A stretch of DNA of 64,000 nucleotides from Narcine bancroftii. Lineage: Eukaryota. The stretch covers positions 348,626,001-348,690,000 of the forward strand of contig NC_091470.1 in the NCBI RefSeq assembly GCF_036971445.1, written 5' to 3'. A program made the translations under genes and the position numbers. This document shows positions 1 through 12,700 of this stretch, one piece after another; the first letter of the stretch is position 1; every line of letters starts with the position of its first letter. Under the pieces are notes generated by a model. It did no database searches. It saw only the letters and a list, made by a program, of their open reading frames with translations, and was not told the origin of the DNA.

Positions 1-1035
1 TTTTTCCCATGGTGGGCATTAAGCTAACTGGCCTTTGGTTGCCAGTCTTTTGTTTACCTTCTTTTCTAAACAATGGCATTACATTTTCTGCCATTCAGCC
101 TGTTACCACCAGCCCAGAGTCAAGAGAATTTTGTTAAATCACAACAGATGCATTTGCTTTAACCTCAGCCATTTGTTTTTTTTTTAAATTACCCCAGGAT
201 GTATTCCATCAGGAGGAGGAGACTCTCGGCCCACTAGTTTGCTCAGTCCTATCTCCCATCTGCTTCTTACATTGATCCATGGCATATTACCCATTCCTTT
301 CACTGAGAAGACTGGCACAAAATAGTTGTTCAGGCCATCAGCCATATCAGTATCATCCATTATTAATTTGCCATTCTCATAATAGGCCTATATTTACTTA
401 GCCATTCTAATCTGCTTTATTTGTATTTATAAAAGGTTTCAGTATTTGTCATCATATTTGTGCTAATTTACTTAGATGATTTCTCTTTCTTTGGTTTATT
501 AGAACATTAGAACATTACAGCACAAAGGAACAGGCCCATTGGCCCTTCTAGTCTGTGCCAAATTACTATTCTGCCTCATCCCACTGAACTGCACCTAGTC
601 AATCACCCTCCATAACCCGCCCATCTATGAATCCGTCCAAATATTTCTTAAATGTTAAACTTGAGCCCACATTTATCATTTCAGCTGGCAACATGTTCCA
701 CACTCCCACCACTCTCTGTGTGACGAGGTCTTCCCTAAACTTTTCCCCTTTCACATTTAGCCCATGTCAACTGGTTTGTATCTCACCTAATCTCAGTGGA
801 GAAAAAAAACTTCTTGCATTTACTCTATTTATAACCCTGTTAGTTACCTTTCTTAATGATTTTTGCTGTTTTGAAATTTTCCCATTTGAGTTTCCCACTA
901 CTCTTGCTACTTAGAATGCATTATCTCTTGATTTGATGTCTTACTTTATTTCCTTAGATGTCATATCCTTACCCTACTTGTCCTTGTTTTTGTCTTGAAT
1001 AAACTTCTGTGGTGCATTGTGAAAGTTCTTAACTG
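1..1035 (-). mobile_element. Decayed CR1 LINE ORF2 fragment, interrupted at ~503-836 by a CR1-tail-type short element
   Basis: Minus strand carries a degenerate PGNYRPVSL-like motif near 20-46, similar to CR1 copies at ~21030 and ~61790. The insert starts with the agaacattagaacattacagcac tail typical of these elements. Confidence 0.7.
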
Positions 1036-1055
1036 ATCCTCAACTGTCCCACCAT

Positions 1056-1737
1056 GGGGGGGGGGGGGGGGAAGGAGGCAGCAAGAGGGGAAGGAGGTGG
1101 TGAAGGGGAGAGAAGGAAGTGGCAAGGGGGAGGGAAGGAGGCAACGGGGGGATGAGGCGATGAGGGGGACGAGGCGGTGAGGGGGGAATGAGGTGGTAAG
1201 GGGGGAAACGGGGTGGCGAGAGGGGAAATGAGTTGGCGAGGGGTGGAAGGAGGCAGCAAGGGGTGGAAGGAGATGGCAAGGGGGAAGGAGGCAGTGAGGG
1301 GGAGGAGGAGGCAGTAAGGGGGGGGAGAAGGAGGCAGCGAGGGGCAGAAGGAGGCGTCGAGAGGCGGAAGGAGGCGGCGAGGGGTGGAAGGAGGTGGCGA
1401 GAGGTGGAAGGAGGGGGTGAGGGGGAGAAGGAGGCAGCGAGGGGGAGAAGGAGGTGGCTAGGGGGAGAAGGAGGTGGTGAGGGGGGAGAAGGAGGCGGTG
1501 AGGGAGGAGGTGCGAAGATGGGGAAGGTGGATTGGTGAAGTTGGTGAGTGTGGGGAGGGGTGGAGAGGGGTGTTGAGGATGGTGGAGGGGTGGCAAGAGA
1601 GGTAGAGAGGATGGGAAAGGGGTGGGGAATATGGGAGAGGGATGGCAAAGATGGGGGCGGGGTGGCGAGGGTGGGGGAGGGGTGGTGAGGATGGGGGAGT
1701 GGTGGTGAGGATGGGGGAGGGTGTTGAGGGTGGGGGG
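1056..1737. repeat. Purine/G-rich degenerate minisatellite (GGA/GAG-rich, ~20-bp units)
   Basis: Units such as gggggagaaggaggcagcga recur, starting with a poly-G run. This explains the Pro/Gly-rich spurious ORFs at 961-1796. Confidence 0.9.
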
Positions 1738-1775
1738 CTTTGTCTCTTAATGATCATATTATATCCTTTCAGACA

Positions 1776-1947
1776 GCCATTCTTAATAGGAGCCATAAAG
1801 GCTCCCTGGGGGCTACACTAGAGCTAAGGGAGCCACAGAAGGAAGGAAGAAACCACCTAAATTGAATGGTTCACAGGGAAAGGTGCCCCATGAACTTTGA
1901 GCTGTGTCTTCAGGTGGTCAAAGCCAAACAAATGTTGAGAATGGCTG
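1776..1947. mobile_element. hAT-like MITE
   Basis: Terminal inverted repeats cagccattct...agaatggctg. A related copy lies at ~36970-37210. Confidence 0.55.
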
Positions 1948-4900
1948 CTCTCTGAGGTACTCGACCCACTGACTCGCTTTGTTCATTGGACCGCACATTC
2001 AAAACAGGGATGCCTTTGGATTATTTTTTTCTGCCTGCTTTCTCTGTTGCAGAAGTTGTGCACTTTTGTTTTCATTATCTTTTGTATTTAAGTATGGGTT
2101 GACTTGCCTGGATAGTGCGCAAAACAAAGTTTTTCACTTGTATCGATACTTGTGACAATAAACTATACAATTTAAATTTAAAATAAATCTCTGACTTGCA
2201 CCTCTGCACTGACGCCATCATCTTCACCTTGTTTTATTAACAGGTTTATCTTTGCTCTTCTGCTGTATCTTCTTTCGATGTTTTAACATGATCTTCACCT
2301 GGAGTTTGCCCGCGATTGTTCCAACACCTGAATTCTGCTCTTACTTTTACTTTAATCTCCAATTATTTTATCATTGTTTCTGATTGAGAGAGTTTATCCT
2401 TTTTGTTAGAATCATGTCACAACCAAGTGCAAGTGTAGCCAATTTGCAAAGGTTCAGCTCTCTCCTGTTCCAGTAACTCACTCCTGATGACTTTTGCTCA
2501 TGGATGCATCCTTACAGTGTAGTTTCCAAACTACCTTTCTGCATTTTATTCAGCATTCCATTGTGCAAACATTCGCAATTGTTCCTCCTCTGCCACTATC
2601 CCCTGCTGACTCCACCAAAATCCAATAATACTGATGGAGTAAATTCCTACCCAGGTGGAGATTCCCAAGATGGAGACATCTTTTACTGATGTGGTAATCC
2701 AGGACCCTCCCATTGCCCGTAAGTTTCCACATACCACTGTCCTGACACGTCGCCAAGGTTAAAGTCAAAGCAGTTCGTGAAAATGGCAGGGTGATAAATT
2801 TTGAGCCGAAAATAGGGAGAGCTTCTCAGTTTGATCTTGAGTATGGCCGTAGAATCTGGTACATTCACTTGGGCAAATCTAATTGTACCTCGACATAAAG
2901 TCTTATCAAAAAGACCGCACTAGCAATAGAGCGGCATTTAAGTTGCCAAGTATCCAAATTTGTATTTGCCCCAACAAATTTCTGGAAGAATAGACTGCCT
3001 GCTGCATAACAATTAGAGGGAGTAATAAATTTGTAAAAAAAAGTTACTCAAAGATGATAGAAATCAACTGGTAACATTGACATTAATAATTTTCTGGTTG
3101 TAGTCACAGACTTTTAGGAAAATAAACAGTTATATTCATCATCAGTAACAATTTTCAGTGTTTTAGAAAATTGCATTATGGTGGAACTCAAAACTATTTT
3201 CAATGTTATATTATTGTGAAGAAAAACAATTAATTTTGTTTGATGGCTGGTGTGTTCTAATGGGTCTGCAGTCATTTTTTATATGAATGTACCTCCAGAA
3301 AAAAAGAAATACTGTGACCTTACTTACATTCTGATCTGGAAGACATTTCAAAAGGGAAGACAGGAATTTCGGCTTGGGTAAAGTAATTATATAAACAGTC
3401 TTTACCTGGGATCCAAGGAAATTAAAACTCATGGCAGCCAAAATGAGTTGCACAGCAGCTGAGTACTTAACATTCTTCAGCTTGTGCTGAGCCACATGTC
3501 GGTAGATCAGCTAGAATTGTGTGCTTCTGATTGTGAACTCATTCTTCTCTTGATGCTGGCCAGCAATTGGTTTGGCTGTGAATGAAGGAGTGGGGCGGGG
3601 GGGGCGGCGACACGAGGTCAGTCGCGCCGATGGGCTTACAAGACCAATCAGGCTGATTTCCAGTGTAAGACAGCCAGGCTTTGATGGAATCGGTGTTCCA
3701 GGTGCATGTTTGAGTGGAGTGGGTGAGGACTAGGGGTAGTGAGAGAGGGGAAAAAAGCTGCTAATAAACAAAATGATAGAACAAAACCGAGAATCACCTT
3801 TTTTTGACCAGCTTTATTTATTAAATCCAAAGTAAAGATAATTTTGATGCAATGAAAAATCAATCTTGATTCAGATAAGCCAATGAGGTTGATGTGAAGC
3901 GAGGACATACTCACATGTACATCTGCATTAATGGAAACTAGTCATTTACCTTCCTAAAAAGATGTTGATTTTTTTCTTGGTGTGAACATTTGTTTCTCTT
4001 GTAGTTTCTGTTCCCAGAGGATTTTATTGACTGGGGCAAAATTTCACCACAAAGCATTCATAGTTAAGCTCGTTACATTGCAAACGCAACTCTTTCTCTC
4101 AAACACTTGCATAAAATATTCACTGGGTGAACAGTCTAAAGTGGTACTGAAATCATACTGTGCGCTAACAGCTCCTGGTCTTGTACAACTTTCTGCAGCC
4201 CTGCTCTTTTGACAGTAGCATTAGCTTGTAAAAGTAGGTTAACACTTGTTAGACAGCAGATAATAAAAATTCATCTGAATAGGACACATTCAACATCACT
4301 ATTCCATCGAGTGACTTCAACTTAACAGTCTCACCATCAAGATCCCTTGTTAAAATAACATTCAGTTCTCATTAGCTCAGATAATTGTGGATGTTCCTTT
4401 TCTTGCCTCAGATTTTAAAAAATTGTGCTTATGATATCAGAGAGAAAGACTGTTACAACTGGACTCGTGTGGTGGAAAAGCTACTCTGCAAGTGAATGCT
4501 TGGAAATGAATCTTTGTCTGAGAGATTCAGAAGTCACCTCATTATTCTTTTAACTTTGATAATTATTCCCTGATCTCAATGTTAAAAACAGGTGCAGGCA
4601 TTTTTAAGTGGGTTTGAAATCTGTTTCTTTTAACTTGATCATTATTATGTTTTGTCTTTTGCAAGATTGGGATTATGTGTCAATTTGGAATACAAATTTC
4701 TTTTCAAAGTTTCTCTGTTAAACTTTGCAAGTGAAGTGAATGTCTGCACACACTGGAATATTTTTAGCATCCTGAACATTTGATTCCATTACTTCTGTTA
4801 ATTTAGACCCATAGAGTCATGTTCAGAAAATCTATCCAGACAGTTGGATGCATTCGTCGTGAATATACAAAACAGAGAATGCTGCTTCGCCCACTGAGTT

Positions 4901-6981
4901 CCTCCAGCTTCTCATTGTATGTAATAAATATCATTTCAACAGATTTCCAAATTCAACAGACATGAGCAATATTTAGCAAATGATTAAACTGCATAAAGAC
5001 CTCATCATAAATACTCCCCTCCTTACCTTTATATGTTAACACTGACATTTAAGAATTTGATAACTCCTAGTTTGTGTTCCAATAATCTTTCCATTTCAAC
5101 CCTATTTGGAAAAATCTCAATATATGTTTTTGCATTACTCTTAACAAAATGATTACATCTATTGGTATTGTCGGGAATGAAATCCTCTTATTGCATCATT
5201 TCCAAGCATCACTTCCTTGCCCCTTCTCGACCACAATTGTGAGAAATAAAATTTAATCTCTGCAAAGTTACTTTCAATGCAAGGCACTAGAAGTTCATTG
5301 AAGCATTCTGCACATTCCTTTCTCCAGTCAACCCTCTCTGGAAAATTATCTTAAAATCTGGGGGAATTTCCTTGTATGAGTCTTTACACCTTGAAATCTT
5401 ACTTCTTCACAAGACATTGGAGAGGAATTAGGCCATTCGGCCCATTGGGTCTGACCTGGCATTACACCGTGACTGATTTACTGCCCTCTGCCCAGAACCC
5501 GTCATTCCCTTCCTAATTAAGAACACATCGACCTCCATCTTAAATATATCCAATGACTTGGCCTCCACACTGTCTGTGGCAACACATGTAATTGTCTTCA
5601 GTTTTATGAAACTTGAGGAATGACACTCAAATTTTATTTTATTCTCCATGATAGTTTTTCAGCCAATATCTTCCTTTGCTCCATTCTGCCCTATTCCTGA
5701 TGGAATTGATTGATTGTTTGGGATGACTACAATCTCTGGTACACAGGCACATGGCAACCGTTCATGTAAAAGTGTCATCAAATGCCAGGAGGTCTTTTTA
5801 TTTCCCAGGATGTGACATTAAGGCCAATCTTAACCCTGACCTCATCCAGTATGCGCCAAGAGTACCTCTGAAATGAGCTATCTCTCTGAGCCAGGTGCCA
5901 TTATTTCAGTGAAGGACAGGTAGCTCCAATACCAATATTCACATGATATGGATTAGCTACTGACTGGACAAACACACCAAACTATTGTAAAATCACAGTT
6001 TTCTATTAATAGTAAGGCAAATCATAATTTTTAGAAATAATCCAAGGTAAGGCAAATTATTCAGTCACATCAGATTACACATAATTGTATTTGACAACTT
6101 ATTATTGGCAGGGATATTGATGGCAAGTCAACTCTTTAAATCAGCATTATTAAACATACTTAAAACATCACAGAAATCAGCTGGTAATAAAACACACGTT
6201 AAAATTAGTGCACATTTCCAAAAATCTTTTCAATTTTAGACTACAAGAAAAAATGAAACGAGAACAGTAATAATTAGAGGATTAAGTAACTCTGGCATGA
6301 GCTTCAGAGTGGAATAAAGGGAGGGAGTGAACCATGAATGTGATGAACAAATGAGAAAAAGTGAATAATCTCAACAGAAAGAAGGTAAATGATAGAATGA
6401 GGACAGTTCCATACCTTGAGGTCATATCTGGACAGTGATCAGACCAGACAAACCAAACAAGGACTGAGCATATACCCACATGGAAAAAAATCTTTCAGAA
6501 GGCCATTATTCAGCTGCAAGATCAACTAGAACTATTCTTTCGGTTATCAGTGGGGCTTTCTGCACAAATTCTCAGGCAGCCTATTGGAAGATGGCCTTTG
6601 TCCCAGGAACTTGTGTCACTATAGGTCTTTCATCATAAGTGTCTCTGTCTCCGAGACGGACACTGGTCCAGGAGCAAGGGGATGTGTTGAATTTCAAATT
6701 AAAAAAACGCTGGATTGTGTGGAATTGAGCAGAAACTATATTAGCTGAGAAACTGGGTGGGAAGGAATGTTAGTGTGAAACTTGATCAAGTGTGTTTCAT
6801 GCAAATGATGTGAAAACAGGAAAGGAACATTTGGTTTTATCTGGGGTGTAGGATGTGTGAAAGTGCGTGAGTGGAAAGCAAAGATTGGAAAGGAGAGCTA
6901 GAAGTAGAATCTGGGAAAAACAGCTAACCACGAGGCGAAACGATACAGTGTTCATTTTCCTATAAAAGAGTTGAAACTTAC

Positions 6982-7140
6982 TATTACAGGGCTGTTTATT
7001 GCATAATCTTCCTTCTTCTGAAATTCCTTCACAAACAAACCCTTCCTCTAACTGGGAATGGCAGGTTCTGCTTCGGGTCTGCAATCCACCCCCACACGAC
7101 TTGGTACAGTCACCCCAAGGCGACCAGGCTTTCCAGCCAC
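6982..7140 (-). CDS. ADGRB1: Internal coding exon encoding a thrombospondin type-1 repeat (TSR1) of adhesion GPCR B1 (BAI1)
   Basis: Acceptor ttcttgactag, donor gtaagt, 159 nt, phase 1-1. Translates [53 protein letters not shown], with the WxxWxxW-C-C-GGG-RxRxC TSR signature. The [19 protein letters not shown] and CEG..EEGR.CN pattern matches human BAI1 TSR1 as I recall it. No other ADGRB1 exon was recognised in the window. Confidence 0.88.
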
Positions 7141-9037
7141 CTAGTCAAGAACCACAGCAGTATGAGATAAAGGACTTTTTTTTTTAAATATCCCGTCGCT
7201 TCTAAGCTGCATTCACTAACTACAATCAAGCCCATAAGAAAATACAAATGAATGCATCATGCATTGAGCTGTGTTAACAGTGTCAATGCAGCACTCTGCT
7301 TCCCGGCTCCCCTTCCTCTTTCCTTTCCTCTGCCCCTTAGCCTCCAGTCAGTGGTATTCCTCTGGAGGAGGACCTGCTGGCTGAGATCAAGGCACATTCA
7401 GAAGAAGGATACCTCCATGGAACTTCTGATCAATTTGGCATCAATATTATTCAACCATTCATTTGAACTCCAACAGCTGAGATGAGTTTACCTTCAGCCA
7501 CTGCTTGGAAACCGTTGAAGTCAATTGAAGGCAGGTTGTACCCTCAGGTTTCACTGAACCACAAGGTTGGGAGAAAGACCAAAATTAAAAAATAATGAAA
7601 AGGTTGATCAGAAAAAAAAACAAATCAAGAAAATTAAATATGCGAATGATAAAAACAAACATTTTCATGTGTCCGAAGGCAAAATGAGTGCTGTGTACTG
7701 TCTACATAACCTCAAAATACATAAAAATACCAACAGTGGGCTGAACTTGGTTTGATACTTTAATCACTTTGCCAATCAGTGCACAGCAACATCCAATATT
7801 CTTTTTTGAAAGAATGGTTCTGACTGGCTGACAACTGTATAAACAGGCACATTAACTGAACAATACAGACATTTCATCATGTTTTGCTTCTTTGTAGGAG
7901 CATGACTTAAAATCAAGAAAATCACTAGCACTTGGACAAAGAAATATTACTGCAATAGAGAAATATGCAGCAAATCTTTGGCCCATACATCGCAAGGAAA
8001 ACCATCGGCAGATTTCTGCTGCCAAATATTTGCTGCAGATTTCATCAGAACTTTCCAGCTCAGAAAGGTTAAAAAAAATATACCCCTGTGATTTAAAAAA
8101 ATTCAGTCAAATGTTTGATACCAATTTAGACAAACCCAACCCTGTTCTGAAAGATTTAATCTCCAGAAGGAGAGGGGGAGGAAAAGGCAGCGAGACAAGA
8201 TGAGGCTACAGGACAAGGCAAAGGGAACAGAGTCGAGGAACAAACTGAAACATTAAGGGTATTTAATGCAGAACATTTAATGCAGAAGATAAAACAGGTG
8301 AGAGAGCTGGGGAATCAAAGGGGAAGAGAAATAGCCAGATATTTGGACAGAGAGTCAGTCCGAAATGTGGACAAAAGAGGAACAACCAGGGGATGGGATC
8401 CAGGCTTATAGAAGCCGGGGCAAAGAGAGGGAAAACATCAGCAACAATTAAAGAAACAGCAACATGGTGGAAAATCATGAGCCAGGAAGGTCAATAAAGG
8501 ATGGGACAAGCAAAACAATGGGGTCAGGAAAATCTGCAGGGTGGTCAGGCTGAAGCTGGCATGCAACAAGGAAAAGCAAACCGATATGGAGGAAGAGCAT
8601 GATTGATAGGGCTGACAAATAGCGAGGATAGATTTTAAGACCAATAGGACGTGAAGGTAAGAGTAAATATTCCGTTCTAAGGACCTCGATGTTTTGAAAC
8701 AAAACTCGTACGTCGTGACAGGCATTCCTAAAGTATATGATGTCCATTTGTAAGCTGTTTTTGTGGTATCTGGCATTTTTCAGGCACAGTTTTGCAAATT
8801 AGATGAATTCTTAACTTTTCATATCACAAACAGTGCATAAATAAACAAGAAAATAGAATGGAATGCTGCAAATACTAGACATAGTGGATACAATATTAGC
8901 ACATTGGCTATAATGTAAACAGCAATCCACAACACAGGAACCATTTGAAATAAAATATAATGTAGACAGCACATATATGGATTTGACTTTCAAGTATTAG
9001 TCCAATAAACCTGGAAGAACAAGTTTACAAATGCATA

Positions 9038-9681
9038 TACCGTATATTTTGGTGTATAAGCACCCAAAAAAAAACACAGCAAAAACAGGGATCATCTTAT
9101 AGGCCAGATACAATCACGTGACCTTAACATTCTACTCAAAATACCACTTAGTTGGTTCCATACCCACTCAGACCCCACCCTACAACAAATTTCTAAGCTA
9201 CCTGTATCTTAGAAAGAAATTTCTATCGTTAAAAACACGTCTAAAATCCCTCAAAATCGCTGTCATCATCTGAGGCAAAGAACTCAGCAAGGACGTCCGG
9301 AGTCTCACTGTTTACACTGTTGTCATACGGGTCCCAATCTGAGGCTGATGAGCCCACTTCATCGTTAGTGTCCCACAATAAATCATTCTCTGTGCCATCC
9401 ATTGTACTTTTTGAAAGATTTTATTACAATCCCTCCTTTCACTTTATCCCATGTATTGATCAACAAGTCACAACTGCACATCAGGTTTCTTCATTTTGCT
9501 GGAGGCTCCATGCTAACACCTACCTCCTGGCCACACCCAAAAGCTCAGTCAACGCAACGCCAGCCCAGTCAGCACAAATATTTGGAGGGGGGGGGGGTCA
9601 TCTTATACACCCGATATATGATAAAACCATGGAATTCAGGTTGGAATTGTGGACCCATCTTAGATGCTGAAATATACGGTA
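9038..9681 (-). mobile_element. pogo/Tigger-family DNA transposon deletion derivative
   Basis: TIRs taccgtatattt...aaatatacggta, with TA on the left. The minus strand retains an acidic transposase C-terminus, MDGTENDLLWD. Confidence 0.7.
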
Positions 9682-9723
9682 TTAATGCTTGTATCTTAAT
9701 GAATTACATATATTGCTTTCGGC

Positions 9724-12700
9724 TGTAACGGTTGTGAACTTAACTGCATCTGGAGCAGTGCCAGTCGCTGCTACTGATGTAACCAAAACAATGTGCAGGA
9801 GTAATAGCGTGCATGTGCGGGTTTGTTAAGTAGGTCAGCATATGGGTGAAGGACCTTGGACACAGGAGAGGAGGAGAGAGGGAGCGTCAGGACCACTCGT
9901 GGCAGTGAGCCAATGAGAAGATCAGAGGAGCTTGGCTGGGTGGTGTTTGGGGAGTTGAAGAATGCAATGTGATGTCTGAAGAAAATGAAGAAAGTTGACA
10001 CCATTTTGTGCCAAAAGAAATTAGTGAGTGTATTCTTTAATTGTGTTTAAATTGGGTAAATCAGTGTTGATACAATTGGTGGCCCCATAAGTTCACAGCA
10101 TCTTTTAGCTTAAAACAAATAGCAATAAGGTTAAACCCCTTAAAGTGGCAATCAGGCAGGTCAAATTAGAAATTACCCCTCTTTTTATTAATAAAGGACC
10201 AGCATGGTTCACAATCCTGGAGGTGCATTTCTTTGACCTCAGTGTGACAAGTCAGCAGACAACGTATGGTATATTAGTGGAACATCTTCCAGAGCAGATT
10301 GCCTGTGAAGTGGAGGATTGTTTTAGTGGATCCAAATGGTAATCTCCCATACATCACGCTTAAGGGTGTTATTCTGTGGTGTACTCAGCCATCTAAGGAG
10401 ACTTATATTGCTGAGTTACTAGCTGATGACAGCCTAGGCAATAGGCAACCAACACAGATGTCGTGGAGACAGTGCAGGCCAGCTGGAACAAACCCTGTTG
10501 AAGGGGATTTTTGAAAACAGGGGTTCCTCTGATGTTTACCTCATCATGTTCAAGAACATTTGGTGAGTGTCTTTCGAATGTCCACCCTCAATCAGTTGGC
10601 GGATCGTGCTGAACTTGTTATGTCCATAACCTCCATAATGAAGATAGAAGGATTGGTAACTTCCCTAGTCAGCAGGACCAAATGGAGCTGAAACAACTGC
10701 TTACTGCACCTTGTGAAATGCCTGCACCTTAATCGAATATAACAGAGTTGGAGCAGCAAATGGCAGCACTGACTATGCAGTTCCAGGCTTTCGGCATTCA
10801 ACAGAATTCCATCAAAGACCTGGTTGAAATTGTGGTTTAAGACATGGTAGCGGCAACGGGAGGTGTCAATGTTGTAAGCATCGTCTTTCGACGTCACACT
10901 GAGGTCAGAGAAATGCACCTCAAGGATTGTGAACCATGCTGGTCCATTATTAATAAAAAGAGGGGTAATTTCTAGTTTGATCTGTTTGACTGCCCCTTTA
11001 AGGGGTTTAACCTTATCACTATTCGTTTTAAGCTAGAAGATGCTGTGAACTTATGGGGCCACCACTTGTAACAACACTGATTTTCCCAATTTAAACACAA
11101 TTAAAGAATACACTCACTAATTTCTTTTTGCATAAAATGGTGTCAACTTTCTTCATTTTCTTCAGGCTGCTGCCTGGTCCTGTCAGCCACCTTGTGACTT
11201 CTACAAACAACAGCCGGAAACAACCAGGCCCGGCAGTAGAGGCAACTAAGGCCCATGGGCAGTTTGGCCGCCATGACTTCCTTAAAGTATCTCTCAGTTG
11301 TTCAATTTTTTTGTCAATTCCGATGCAGAGATTTATGTGGTCCCTCCAACCCCTGAGGAACGCAGATGCTCTGATATGTCATGTGTTTCCCTCCAACCCC
11401 TGAGGAACGCAGATGCTCTGATATGTCATGTGTTTCCCTCCAACCCCTGAGGAACGCAGATGCTCTGATATGTCATGTGTTTCCCTCCAATCCCTGAGGA
11501 ACGCAGATGCTCTGATATGTCATGTGTTTCCCTCCAACCCCTGAGGAACGCAGATGCTCTGATATGTCATGTGTTTCCCTCCAACCCCTGAGGAACGCAG
11601 ATGCTCTGATATGTCATGTGTTTCCCTCCAACCCCTGAGGAACGCAGATGCTCTGATATGTCATGTGTTTCCCTCCAACCCCTGAGGAACGCAGATGCTC
11701 TGATATGTCATGTGTTTCCCTCCAACCCCTGAGGAACGCAGATGCTCTGATATGTCATGTGTTTCCCTCCAACCCCTGAGGAACGCAGATGCTCTGATAT
11801 GTCATGTGTTTCCCTCCAATCCCTGAGGAACGCAGATGCTCTGATATGTCATGTGTTTCCCTCCAATCCCTGAGGAACGCAGATGCTCTGATATGTCATG
11901 TGTTTCCCTCCAACCCCTGAGGAACGCAGATGCTCTGATATGTCATGTGTTTCCCTCCAATCCCTGAGGAACGCAGATGCTCTGATATGTCATGTGTTTC
12001 CCTCCAATCCCTGAGGAACGCAGATGCTCTGATATGTCATGTGTTTCCCTCCAATCCCTGAGGAACGCAGATGCTCTGATATGTCATGTGTTTCCCTCCA
12101 ACCCCTGAGGAACGCAGATGCTCTGATATGTCATGTGTTTCCCTCCAACCCCTGAGGAACGCAGATGCTCTGATATGTCATGTGTTTCCCTCCAATCCCT
12201 GAGGAACGCAGATGCTCTGATATGTCATGTGTTTCCCTCCAATCCCTGAGGAACGCAGATGCTCTGATATGTCATGTGTTTCCCTCCAATCCCTGAGGAA
12301 CGCAGATGCTCTGATATGTCATGTGTTTCCCTCCAATCCCTGAGGAACGCAGATGCTCTGATATGTCATATGTTTCCCTCCAATCCCTGAGGAACGCAGA
12401 TGCTCTGATATGTCATGTGTTTCCCTCCAACCCCTGAGGAACGCAGATGCTCTGATATGTCATGTGTTTCCCTCCAATCCCTGAGGAACGCAGATGCTCT
12501 GATATGTCATGTGTTTCCCTCCAACCCCTGAGGAACGCAGATGCTCTGATATGTCATGTGTTTCCCTCCAACCCCTGAGGAACGCAGATGCTCTGATATG
12601 TCATGTGTTTCCCTCCAACCCCTGAGGAACGCAGATGCTCTGATATGTCATGTGTTTCCCTCCAACCCCTGAGGAACGCAGATGCTCTGATATGTCATGT

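Noticed and set aside
961-1796. Long Pro-rich and Gly-rich ORFs
   Set aside because: Artefacts of the purine-rich low-complexity tract, open in several frames.
7341-7466. Plus-strand exon-like segment after a strong polypyrimidine tract (PPVSGIPLEEDLLAEIK...)
   Set aside because: No recognisable homology, no partner exons, and antisense to the host gene.
2908-9010. Chain of phase-compatible minus-strand exon-like segments (~8583-8770, 7492-7553, 6417-6493, 4159-4246, 3796-3922, 3406-3510, 2908-2998) whose joined translation faintly resembled a TTC28-type CHAT domain
   Set aside because: The segments straddle the ADGRB1 exon on the same strand, several acceptors are weak, the upstream part needs frameshifts, and the similarity was only by eye. 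An HMM search of the joined peptide or RNA-seq junctions would be needed to revive it.
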